From Selaginella moellendorffii (lineage: Eukaryota > Plantae > Lycopodiophyta), in contig NW_003314307.1 in the NCBI RefSeq assembly GCF_000143415.4, positions 630,859 to 694,858 of the forward strand: 64,000 bases of DNA, in the 5' to 3' direction. Of the stretch, positions 50,113-61,098 are shown in pieces. The notes under the pieces are model-generated. The model worked only from the letters and a program-made list of their open reading frames with translations, had not been told where the DNA came from and ran no database searches. Position numbers and translations under genes: made by a program. Every line of letters begins with the position of its first letter. Positions within the stretch are counted from its first letter, which is position 1.

Positions 50113-50646
50113 TCAATATATACTACACTCCCTCATGATTCCATAGCCAGCACCCAGAGCCAAGAGCTCGTCCCTCTGCACCTCATACGTGATCCCAAAA
50201 GCCCTCAACACAATCTCTACCGCGCCGTACCACCGCTCTCGATCCAAAAGCTCGTAGAAGATAGACTCCCCCATCTCACGCACAGCGTTTACCATATCCC
50301 CAAACGGATACACGTTGCTGGAGGACGGCATGGAGCATATCCCCCCGCGATCTTCCCCCCATATCTGGTTCATCACCAGCAGCTGCACTCGCACCACGAC
50401 GCTCCCCGTCAGTGTGACCGCCCACGCAAAGGGCTCGTTGACGCGAACCTCGCGGAGGTTCAAGTTCCGTACATATTCTATGATCGTTCCGATGAGCTCT
50501 CTCACCTCAGCCACCGTGAGCCTGTCGTAGTAGGCCCTGCGCAGGAAGAGGCCCAGGCGTGGCGGCGGCGCGAGGATCCCCCTGGTGAAGAACACAAGAG
50601 ATATCGATATCATCAGGAGAAACACAGAACGTCGATGGAGATGCAT
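50113..50646 (-). CDS. Uncharacterised secreted protein, 177 aa, intronless
   Basis: Signal peptide (VFLLMISISLVFFTRGILA), TATA-like element ~40 nt upstream, GC-rich island in AT-rich DNA, and paralogues within the window. Confidence 0.75.
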   Translation of the reverse strand: MHLHRRSVFLLMISISLVFFTRGILAPPPRLGLFLRRAYYDRLTVAEVRELIGTIIEYVRNLNLREVRVNEPFAWAVTLTGSVVVRVQLLVMNQIWGEDRGGICSMPSSSNVYPFGDMVNAVREMGESIFYELLDRERWYGAVEIVLRAFGITYEVQRDELLALGAGYGIMRECSIY

Positions 50647-51010
50647 TGCGAGTGAGAATGGATCGATTGATCGCTTACCTCTGATTTATATACGTACGCA
50701 AGCCCGTCCATGCTCAGTCCGTCCCAATGTAGACTTTTCTGCTTTCCTTCCATTTTTTATTTCTAGATGTACTATCCTTCGAGGTGGGGCACCAGAAGTT
50801 TTTTACCATTGTGCCAGGATCAAGCATCTGGGCATCGATCTTAACAAAGAGAGAAAAATACGAAGGTTAAGTGACAAAGCTCCAACGCTTGCCTGACTTT
50901 GAGCTATATATTCAAAGTTCCGCTTTGAGAAGGAAATAAACTACCACCTTTCCTGTCAAGGCAATCCATTAGCGAACAAAGAAACCATAGAAAAATGGGA
51001 GCTTACCTTA

Positions 51011-51584
51011 CTACTCGGCCTCTGAGTCGGAGCTGGATTCTCCAGCGTTTGCGCCTTTCGCCTTGTCCGCCTCCTCCACGCCTGGCTCTTTCACCGCCTT
51101 GTCCTTCTTTTGCTTCTTCTTTTCTTTCTTCTTTAGCCTCTTTGCCCTCCTCTTGGCCGTTCGCTCCTCGGCCTCTTTGAGCCGGGCTTCGCGACGAATC
51201 GCAAACTCCGTCTGCTCCTTCTTCCTCTGATAATCCGCCTCCATCCGCGCCAGGCGATCCTGCTCCCTGCGTCTCATCTGCCGGTACTGCGCAGGCCGAA
51301 ATATCGATACTCTGGGGCCAAAAACAAAGAAAAATCGCGCTTACCTGGTGGAAATCTCCCGAGCCAGACCCAGCGGAGCTCCCAGATGTGTTGCTGATGC
51401 GCACGGGAACTTGCTCCGTGATCCGCCGGAGCTTAATCTCGAGGTCTTCGTCCTCGGCCGGGATCTCTGGGATCGCCGGCTCCGAGGCTGGGACCAGCGC
51501 CTTGCCATCGCCCCTAGTGCTGGCGAGAGTCACTACCTGGGTGTTGCCCTCTGTGTAGGTCTGGGACGTCGTGTACCGCGGCAT
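51011..51584 (-). CDS. PRKRIP1: PRKR-interacting protein 1 homologue (DUF1168, spliceosomal); exons 51584-51345, 51286-51011
   Basis: SNTSGSSAGSGSGDFHQ|YRQMRRREQDRL..ERTAKRRAKRLKKK. Confidence 0.9.
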
Positions 51585-51873
51585 TCGCCCAAGAACCCTA
51601 AAATCCCCAAACGAAAAAAGGTCACGGTTTCGAATCCCAATAAAAAAGTAGAATCGCTAATGAATATACTTAAGCTGGACTTAGAACAAGTATATCCCAC
51701 AGACTTCTATTTCTCGTGGGTCATGAAAGAAGGTCCAGGGAAGGTGAGAAGTGGGACCAAATACTTTGACAAACTTTTGAATAGCTGTAGAAGAGATCTT
51801 TCTAGTGGACATGACAAGTTTCCTCATGGACTATTTAAACAGGTTTGAGTGAAGAGAAAAGGTAGTCTAGTGC

Positions 51874-53961
51874 ATGATCATGCTTTTGAATTGCTATCTC
51901 TTGATCGTCTTGTTTGCCATTTTCGCGGCAGCAGAGGCAAATTCATCCAAGAGTGACTCCAGCGTGCTCTTAAGACTGAAGAGCTCTGTGCATGATCCAT
52001 ACAAGGTACTTTCGAGCTGGGGATCTAATCGGAGTGTTTGCAAGTGGGAGGGCGTGAGTTGCTCAAAGAAAGATCGAGTTTCTGGTCTTTATCTCCAGAA
52101 TTTGACACTCTCAGGTTCTATTCTATCTTTTATGATCCAGGAATTGCCTTTTCTCCGCCAGCTTCATGTCTCGAGAAGCAGCTTCAAAGACGAGCTTATT
52201 GCCAACACGAAATCAAATATGTCATGCTTGCTGGAATGGATGGATCTTTCTGGCAACCAAAACATGTCTTCCAGTTTTAATCTAGTCCAAGAGCTCCTGA
52301 TGGGCTGCAAGAATTTAAAGGTCTTCAACTTATCAGGCAATCATCTTGGTGGAGGGTTTCATCACATTGACTCTAAATTTTCAATTGGTGACAAGTTGGA
52401 AGTGCTGGATCTCTCAGATAACAAGTTGGGTTTCAATCTTCCTTCCTCTTTTTTCCTTAGATGCAGGAGCTTAAAATCTCTAGATCTTTCCACCAATAGC
52501 TTTACAGGAGAGATTCCAGAGACACTATTCAGAAGGTGTACTGCTTTGGAGCAAATTTCATTGGCTCACAACAATTTCTCCAGTTATCTTCCTTCACTTA
52601 TTTCTCTGCCATATCTAAAGATCATTGATGCCAGCTACAATGCCTTCAAAGGTCAGGTCCCTGCATTCAGGACAAATCTCAGGCATCTAAATCTCAGCTC
52701 CAATAGTTTTACTATCACCAGCAATGAAACTTGTCCATTGACATCAAAACTGGAGAGCTTGATTTTGGTGAACAACGAACTGAATGGACGAGTGCTGGAC
52801 ACCCTGAAGCTTTGCAATGCCTTGAAGATGTTGGATCTAAGTTTCAACTCAGTGACTGGACAGATACCAGAGGATATTTGTGACATTCTTCCCAAGCTTG
52901 AATACTTTCTTGCATGGGTGAACAGCCTTGAAGGGGGCATTCCATCAAATCTTATGGCGTGCAACAACCTGACAATGATCATTCTCAGCTACAACAATCT
53001 TGAAGGAAACATCCCTGCAGAGCTAGTCTCTAGCTTGATCAAGCTCCAGTGGTTAAGCTTGAGCAACAACAAGCTAATTGGAGAGATTCCTTCATTGGAA
53101 AATGCAAAAGAGATGCTTGTCTTGCAACTGAGCAACAATTCATTACAAGGGAAAGTTCCAAGCAGGATGGGCATGCAAGTGATAGAGCTCCGAAAAAACA
53201 AGCTCACTGGAAACATTCCTCCTATTTTAGGATTCACTGGGAAGACATTTGTGAAAGCAACTCTCGGCAGCTTGAAAACAGCCATAGACACTGAAGCAGG
53301 GATTTGCATGGACACCACCTTTGCTATACAGGGCATCAGCTTGGACAAAATGAAAGAGCTTTTAAAAATTAAAAGTGGAGGATGCTTTCCTAATGTAAAT
53401 TTGCTTCCAGCTCTCACTTATGGATACAACATCAGTAGTCCTCTTCATATTGATATTTCACATAACAATCTTTATGGAGAGATTCCATCCCAGTTGAGCG
53501 AAATGCAAGACTTACAATACCTCAACTTTGGGCACAATGATATATCAGGGGTAATACCAGCAGCACTAGGAGTGCTTAAGAATATGGCAGTTTTGGATCT
53601 TTCTCATAACAACTTGCAAGGGGAGATTCCATATACATTTTTATTACTTTCTTCCTTATCAGCATTGAACCTTTGCTGCAATAACTTATCTGGGATTATT
53701 CCACAAGGTGGTCAACTGACAACACTTAAACCAAGTAGTTTTGAAGGAAATGAATATCTATGCGGCTTTCCTCTTAGTGCTTGTAGACCACCAAATTCTC
53801 TTGATAATATTGACAACAGTAATATCGGAGGTGGCAAAGTCGGGATTGTTCTGATTGCTTCTGGCTTTGGAATGTTTGGATTTGTTTTGAGCTTTACAAT
53901 TGTTATTTTTGTTGACATGAGGAAAAAGCTGGTATACCGAACATTATTTAGAATCTTCTAA
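51874..53961 (+). CDS. LRR receptor-like protein (signal peptide, LRRNT, LRRs, island domain, 4 LRRs, TM, short tail); BRL1/BRL3-like ectodomain, no kinase
   Basis: 695-aa single-exon ORF. [8 protein letters not shown] cap, plant LxLSxNxLxGxIP repeats, ~70-aa island with two Cys, [13 protein letters not shown] cap, GxxxG-rich TM, stop ~15 aa after the TM. Confidence 0.92.
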   Translation: [695 protein letters not shown]

Positions 53962-55064
53962 AGTAGAACAAATAATAATATTCTAATATGATTTTTATGT
54001 TTTGAGAGTTTTTATGGACTAAGCATAACTTTCACACATCATATTATCATAAGCAAATTCCTTTAGTTGTTACAACACAAACAACTCTTATTCTTCTATA
54101 CTAATTAGAGAAGCTTAATGAAAATTCTAAACTATCAATTTTTCACATTTACTTTCAAAATTATAATGCCCTACAAAATTTGGACATATTCATGGACCTT
54201 AACACAGAATCTAATCAACATTTGGATTTGGATTGGGAACCCGCCCCATGTAACAGCACTCTAATGGGCGCACAACCCCTTTACATTACCACCTAAACTT
54301 GTGTAACTCAATCTTACAGATAATCTAGATGTTTGTTCCAACCCAATGTTTCAATATAGAAAAATTTAATGTTCATTTTACTCCAATCCATCCACTATGA
54401 CTGTAATTTTGGATCCATCCATTATAGATGTATATTTATCATACATACCCAAAAAGGTGGGATCTTGTTGAAGATATACTACCTAAATCAATAAAAATAT
54501 ATCCAGAGTTAATTCACCACTACTAGAGGCTTACTCATGTTAACACCTTGATCTAGGCAAGAAAATTCAAAAACCTTAGCTCAAGGAATGAGTGGAAGAG
54601 GGATGGGTATGGCTATGCATCAATTAAAAGAAATATTCTACCAGATACACTTAGTTAATTCAAATTCAAATAATTATAAAGTAACTATATTATCTTTCTG
54701 GGCCGCCAGATCCAGCCAATGGCACTATCAAAGGGTTATTGACTTAACCATGTCTTATCAAATAATTGCACTGATGTTTGCTTTTAGCAATAGGAGATAG
54801 TCAATTGCCTAATACAAGAAAGGAATGCGTTGGGACACATGTCATATGTAAAGTGTTGATTGGATTAGTGAAGAAGGCACTATGAGGAATGCATATGCTT
54901 GATGATGTGGCAAAAACTAAGAAAGGCATTATCTCCATCAATTTACTATTGACTTTGATTCTTGCTCCATGTATTGTTTGTAGCACTGAAAGAAATTTTT
55001 GAATTAAGTCTAATGAACAAACAAAAAGGCTTGGATATTAAGCTGTGAGTGCATGGAGAGAGCT

Positions 55065-55468
55065 AATATTCTTTATGGCTCTGAGTAATATTAATTTTAT
55101 ATATTTATTCATATTAAACACATATAATTAAATAATGCTTTTTCTAAATTAATAATAACTATTCTTAGTAATAGTTCTTTTTATACTAGTATTCTTAAGA
55201 TCTTAGTATTCTGAATTTTCTTATATCCCAAGTAAACATACCATGCATTAACATCTAATTAATAAATATATTTTTAGTACTTCTTCTATATTAGTGTTCT
55301 TAAATTCTTTATACTCATATTATTGGCTTATACTTTGCAGCTAATATATTTAAAAATTATTTATTCTTAGCAATTCATTTTTTACTTTTTTCTGGGTTGG
55401 GTATTAGTTTTCTTAAAATCTATGTTCTAAATATATTCATATTTCCAAGAGCATGGTCTATATTGTAT
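55065..55468 (+). repeat. Second copy of the AT-rich dispersed repeat
   Basis: Similar to 27640-28300. Confidence 0.6.
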
Positions 55469-55484
55469 TGTGTGTGTGTGTGTG

Positions 55485-55536
<52 letters not shown>
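55469..55536. repeat. (TG)n(TA)n microsatellite
   Basis: Directly visible. Confidence 0.98.
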
Positions 55537-55541
<5 letters not shown>

Positions 55542-55689
55542 GTTTTGCACAGTCCAACATTTGATGAGAAAAACTAGTACAAGTATAACATAGTTTATAA
55601 GAAACTATAGTATAGTTTATAATATTTACAACAAACCCTTTATAAAAACAAATTGTATAATATGAATTATTATTCATGGTATTTCTTTT

Positions 55690-56050
55690 TCAGAGGTGAG
55701 CTTTCGAAACATCTGGAGAGCCCACTCGCATCTCTGCCGCTGGCCAAAGCTCTGCCGCCATAACTCTGTCAAACACAGCCTTTGCCGATTCCACGCACCC
55801 AAACTTCTCATACATGTTGATAGCTGTATTTCCAGCAACACGGTCGGAGCCACTCACTGCCTCTAATAAACATCTGCTCCTGTGTAAGGCTCGAGTAAGC
55901 ACTGGTTAAGGCTTTCACCAACACGAACTTGTTAGAAGCGATTCCGTCCTGAAGAGAAAAAATGCTACTGTCTGATGCCCATTCTGAGCATACCTCGTGA
56001 TGATCCTTCTTCCTTGCCTGCTGCCTGGTTGGAGTAGCCTCTTTTCCTCC
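55690..56050 (-). pseudogene. PPR gene fragment
   Basis: IITRYAQNGH..AFFLFR and GNTAINMYEKFGCVESAKAVFDRV in broken frames. Confidence 0.7.
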
Positions 56051-56989
56051 GTTTTCTCAACCTCTGCTGCCATTTGAATCACCTGGAAGTAAGAAATATG
56101 AGATTCCCACAACAATCTGTGAGAGGAAATTTGTTGACCTTTACTGATGCAAGCTTCTTGAGAGCCTTTTGCAATGTTTGGATTTCTTACTGGATTGACC
56201 CAACAATCTTGTCAACTTCAGGCCCCTGGTGATTCTCTTTAGCGTAGTCTATTGTTATCACCAGTGACATCTGTATTGGAAGCTTCACTAGTTAGCATAG
56301 CAAAAAGCCATATCTAATACATAGCTTAGAACCTTTTGTCCAGTATTTTACTGAGGACTTTAGCCTGGAAACACAAGTAAGCGACCACATTATGCAATCC
56401 AATGAATGTGCTCATCTAATGCCCATGATATGCTCATCATATGATACTAATAGTCGACATCAAGGATTAACCTATACAAGCAAGATCAGATTATATAGGC
56501 TTAAGGACATTTAATTAGCATCTAGCTAACCTCTTTATGATGTAAGTGGGGATTCCAATGCATGGATGACATTGCCACAGTGGTTGACGGGAGCGAACAA
56601 AATGCCATATCCTGCCCTTGCAAAGGAATGAAGCTTTGGCAGGGAAATGTCATCACAGCCAAGTGGATGCCCTCCTGCTGCAAGATTATGACAGTAAATG
56701 GATCCTGGAATAGAACTCCAAAGCGTGGCCCAGGAGAAATGGGACAAGGTTTGTTTGTTTGTCATGGAGCTTCAAATTGTCACAGAAGGGCGCTGGGGAT
56801 GAGAATCCTCACTGGCACCAGCAAAGGTATAAAATAATCCCGAACTTAACACTACTTGGAAACATACACTGTGCCGAGCTATCGTCAGTCGCGATTTTCA
56901 ACGAACTTCTTCGCTAGTTTCCAACTAGTTTCCTTCGATGACAAAAACAAAAGATGACATTGATTCATCCATACGCGATCGATCGAAGC

Positions 56990-58087
56990 TCAGCTCACAC
57001 TTCTGGGTGGCGGTGGCATGGCGGACGTGGCAGCCGCAGCGGCCGAACGATGCCCAAAAAAGTGATGCCTACGGTGGAGATGCTGCTGCTGCTGCTGTTC
57101 CTGGACGGACGAGATGTAGTTGTGGACCTCCTTGGCCACCATTTGCTTGAGCATCGACGCCAGCGCCTTGTTACTCTCGATCCGGGCATCGATCGGCTCG
57201 GGCAAGATTGGGGGCGCCAATACCTGCGCCACTGCTGCCCTAATCGCGGCATTGACGAGATCCATGGCCTCGTCCGCGCGCAAGAAGCCGCTGGGAGGAG
57301 CCCAAGCAGGGGACTCCTCTGCGCGGGCTCTAGGGCTAGGGGCAGGAATCGAGCCGGTGACCGCTACACCGGTGTCGCGGACAGGATTCGAGCCCCGGAC
57401 CCTGGCGTCGGTGTTGGAAGGATTCGAACCTGGGAGAGAGAGCGATAAGCAAACGGTGTCGCTCGTCGAGCGCGTAGATGGAGGAGCTGGAGCTGGATCC
57501 ACGGGCTTCGTGTAGCTCGAGAACGCGGAGGATCGCGACGCGATGTCGAAGGAAATGAGGTTGGGCCGCTTGGATGATCCATCCTCCGCCGCCGCGTCGA
57601 CGCTTGCGCGCTTCCTGCTAGAAATCGCGGGAGTGGCCACGCCTGCCTCGTCCTCTTCTTCCTCCTCCTCCTCCTCCTCGCTGCGATCGGGGCGGCGGTC
57701 TTCCTCGTGCTCGTCGTCCTCGTGCTGGATCTGCTGCTGGTGGAGCGATCGCCGGCGCAGCGTCGAATTCCAGTGGTTTTTGATCGCATTGTCGGTGCGG
57801 CCGGGGAGGAGCCGCGCGATCGTCGCCCACTTGTTGCCGTGCTGCGCGTGCGCCTCGATGATGATCGCGTCCTCGGCGCAAGAAAAGGGCTTGTGCTCCA
57901 CCTGGGGGCTCAGCTGATTGCACCAGCGCAGCCGGCACGATTTGCCCGATCGCCCGGGAACCCCCTTGCTGATGAGCGACCAGTTCCTCGCCCCATACTT
58001 CTGGATGAGCTTCTGGAGATTGGCGTCCTCCTCCGGGCTCCACGGCCCCCTGACCTTGTCGATGGATCGATCCACCGCCGATTCCAT
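56990..58087 (-). CDS. Intronless R2R3-MYB transcription factor, subgroup 22 (MYB44/73/77-like)
   Basis: [59 protein letters not shown] motif, [11 protein letters not shown]-terminal motif. Confidence 0.95.
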   Translation of the reverse strand: MESAVDRSIDKVRGPWSPEEDANLQKLIQKYGARNWSLISKGVPGRSGKSCRLRWCNQLSPQVEHKPFSCAEDAIIIEAHAQHGNKWATIARLLPGRTDNAIKNHWNSTLRRRSLHQQQIQHEDDEHEEDRRPDRSEEEEEEEEEDEAGVATPAISSRKRASVDAAAEDGSSKRPNLISFDIASRSSAFSSYTKPVDPAPAPPSTRSTSDTVCLSLSLPGSNPSNTDARVRGSNPVRDTGVAVTGSIPAPSPRARAEESPAWAPPSGFLRADEAMDLVNAAIRAAVAQVLAPPILPEPIDARIESNKALASMLKQMVAKEVHNYISSVQEQQQQQHLHRRHHFFGHRSAAAAATSAMPPPPRSVS

Positions 58088-58740
58088 CACCCAATCACAA
58101 AATGCAGGCAGTTTCGTCGATCGCCCACCCGCCTCCCCCCTCCACTCTCTCGCAGCTCGCGCAGCTCTCGCGAGCTTTAGGGTTCTTCGCTCGGCCCAAC
58201 TACCATAGCTTAAAATGGACGACGGATGGGCCGTTCCGTACCAACAATCGTGGCCGTCAGTTTTGGGCCAGGTGGTCCGCCTTTGTTGGTTTTGGGCCGT
58301 TGGAGGCCGTTAAGGAGGGCAACGCCGATCCAACGGTGTAGTCCGCGTCGACTTTATTCGCCGGCGGATTTATATAACGACCGGCCGGTCCAGGAGACAG
58401 CTGGCGCGCATACGTGTCACAAATCTGGCGGGGGATGGGCTTGCCAGTTCACGTGAATGGGACTTGGAAGCGGTTGAGAGGAAATAGTCTACACTTCCAT
58501 ATGGTCTCTCTTGTTTGATTGACCAAACAAACAACACCTATCATATTAGACAGTGGTACGGACGAGATAAGGTAACTACGTGTGTGATTCCTCGTCGCTC
58601 CCCTCCTTTGAGAGGAGTAAAAAATTTCTATCGCTTCGTCTTTAAGTAGTGGACTGTGGGCACCACGTCAGCGACCACGCGTAATTGTGAAAAGTGGGTA
58701 GGTGGAGTTTGTTGGCCTCTCATTGTCCGACATTGTGCGG

Positions 58741-58860
58741 ATCAACGGTCTACGTTGAATGTTTGAAATCTAACGGCAAAACAAACCCTACGATCCCTGA
58801 CCTAATCAACGGTCTATGTTGAATCTAACGGCAAAACACCACCTGACCTAATCAACGGTC
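58741..58860. repeat. Imperfect tandem repeat (2.2 units) carrying five AACGG cores
   Basis: atcaacggtc at 58741, 58805 and 58851; tctaacggcaaaac twice; ctgaccta twice. Confidence 0.8.
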
Positions 58861-60552
58861 GTCGCGTTTGAATTTAGGGTTACAGGCGTTTGCGAGCAGC
58901 ACGTACGCGGCGGAGTTTCGTGGCTCCTTGCCAATGGCCGACTTAGCGGCGGCTCCACCGTGTTTTAGGTCGCTGTGATTTCTACACGACGCCAGGAAGC
59001 ACGTCCAATCCACGCCGTCGGCCATGAACGGCATCGTGTCGATCAGCTCCGCCGCAGATTCCAGGTATCCGCCCCTGCCAAGGACGTCGACCATGGAGCA
59101 ATAGTGGGCTTTGAGAGGATTAAGGCCGTAATCCTGGGCCATGGAGACAAAGTAGCCGCGGGCTCCGTACACATCGCCCTTGTGAATGCTGGCCATGAGT
59201 ACGGACGAGAAGCAAGCGTGGTTTGGTGGTATTGTCATTGGCATCTCATGGAATATCTCCAGGGCGCGGGAAGATTCGCTGTCACTGTCACACTGGGATG
59301 CCAGCATCGCGGCCCATGATATGACATCAATCTCTGGCATGGCATGGAAGAGGTCCCTTGCAAGGCGAATATGCCCGTTCTGGGCATATGCCACGAACAT
59401 GCACGTCCAGGCGGCCACTTGCCACTCTGGCATCTGATAGAAGATTTGCTTCGCTTGCTGTAGATGCCCTTCTTGGGAATATGCTGCTAGTAAGCTTGTC
59501 CAAGATACCAGATTCCACTCGGGCATCCTTGAAAACAAGCTGTGGGCCTCCTCCAAACGACCATTCTGGGAATATAGTGCCAGCATTGAGCTCCAGGATA
59601 CTAGATCACTCTCGGGAATCTCATTGAACATTCTCTTTGCATCGCTGATCTGTCCCGTTTGAGCAAATCCAGCAATCATGGCCGTCCACAGGATGAGATC
59701 CAACCGTGGAGCTTGGTCAAACACAGTTTTCGCTAGAGAGACCAGGCCATGGTCCACAAAAGCCGCCACCAACGACGTGTGAGATGCAAGGTGGCGAACT
59801 GGCATTCTGCGGTGGAATATCTCCGCGGCCGTTAGATCTCCGCTCTGAATGTAGCAGTCGAGCATCACCGTCCACGTGTCCCAATTCCGTTCCGGAACCT
59901 GGTCGAAGAGATCCTTGGCCCGGGCAATTTCTCCGGCTCTGGCATATCCCGAAAGCATTGCATTCCAAGACACTAGATTCCTCTCTGGCATCTCGTTAAA
60001 CACTTGAATTGCATGGTCAAGTATCTTGTGGAGCGTGTACGCTGCCAGCATCGAGCTCCATGATACCAAATTTCTCTCAGGCATAGAATGAAATATTCGC
60101 TCTACTTGTGTAATATGCCCATTGTGGGCATATACTGTGAGTATGCAAGTCCACGAGACCACATTATGCTCGGGCATCTCATGAAAAATGCTCTCGGCAT
60201 CTTTGAGGTTCCCTCCTTCGGCATATGCCGAAAGCAAAGAGTTCCACGAGACTAGATTCCTTTCTGGCATCTCAAGAAACAAGTCTCTTGCTTGCTGCAG
60301 ATGCCCATTACGGGCATATGCTGAAAGCAAGCACGTCCACGACACCAGATCCCGCAAAGGTAGCCCGTCAAACATTCTCTTAGCCGCAGAGACGTCCCCC
60401 TTCTTCGCATACGCATCCATCAGGACGGTCCATAGAACGAGCGTGGTCGACTGGAGCGAATCAAACAAGAGCTTGGCTTCGTGGAGCTGGGAGTTTCGTA
60501 TGGAGGCAGTGAGCAATCGATAAGACGATGAAGGATCAGCCATAGTTTCCAT
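58852..60552 (-). CDS. PPR protein with a tandem array of 31-aa SS-type motifs and E-type extension
   Basis: Repeated MPERNLVSW..LL.AYA..G....A..LF with 31-aa period, then HYCSMVDVLGRGG, WTCFLASCR and AYVLLAN. Confidence 0.95.
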   Translation of the reverse strand: METMADPSSSYRLLTASIRNSQLHEAKLLFDSLQSTTLVLWTVLMDAYAKKGDVSAAKRMFDGLPLRDLVSWTCLLSAYARNGHLQQARDLFLEMPERNLVSWNSLLSAYAEGGNLKDAESIFHEMPEHNVVSWTCILTVYAHNGHITQVERIFHSMPERNLVSWSSMLAAYTLHKILDHAIQVFNEMPERNLVSWNAMLSGYARAGEIARAKDLFDQVPERNWDTWTVMLDCYIQSGDLTAAEIFHRRMPVRHLASHTSLVAAFVDHGLVSLAKTVFDQAPRLDLILWTAMIAGFAQTGQISDAKRMFNEIPESDLVSWSSMLALYSQNGRLEEAHSLFSRMPEWNLVSWTSLLAAYSQEGHLQQAKQIFYQMPEWQVAAWTCMFVAYAQNGHIRLARDLFHAMPEIDVISWAAMLASQCDSDSESSRALEIFHEMPMTIPPNHACFSSVLMASIHKGDVYGARGYFVSMAQDYGLNPLKAHYCSMVDVLGRGGYLESAAELIDTMPFMADGVDWTCFLASCRNHSDLKHGGAAAKSAIGKEPRNSAAYVLLANACNPKFKRDDR

Positions 60553-60619
60553 TTGATGTTTATCAAGGCCTAAGAAGAACGTAAGAATGTATACATCAAA
60601 TCAATCTTAAATCAAATCT

Positions 60620-61098
60620 TCAAGAACTGGATTCATACAGCCCGATCATGTGACCATCCAGGCATCTAAGCGCTGCAACCTGGAACAAAAACCATTGTTA
60701 TTGACAAGGTCTCTCAATGCAAGCAAAGATTTCCACCTTTCCATGAGCCTGGTATTTTATAGGACCATCGAGCTCGGCGCCCATGGAAATAAGCTTGACC
60801 ACAGTGTCATCGATGTCGGGCACGCTAACGGAGATGAAAGACGAGTAGTTCTTCGCCGGCTTTGTATCACTGCAGCACACAAGATCTGCTAGCTTGGATC
60901 AGTTCTAGCACAGGATCTACAATCCCATCGCGCATACCTCGGCGCTTGCATCATCGCGATCTTGAAATCGCCGCAGGTGAGCTCCGCCCATCGCTCCGTG
61001 CAGACGGCGACGGTGAATCCGAGCGCATTGGAGTAGAGCTTCGCGGCCTTGGGAACGTCGGCGTGGAGCTGGACCAGATGCCTCACTGCGGTCGCCAT
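60620..61098 (-). CDS. VOC / glyoxalase-bleomycin resistance family protein, 3 exons
   Basis: LVQLHADVPKAAKLYSNALG, VPDIDDTVVKLISMGAELDGPIKY..HGK|VAALRCLDGHMIGLYE. Confidence 0.88.

Noticed and set aside
53962-55060. Possible downstream kinase exon for the LRR-RLP
   Set aside because: No kinase motifs (GxGxxG, HRD, DFG) in any ORF here, and the RLP has an in-frame stop soon after the TM.
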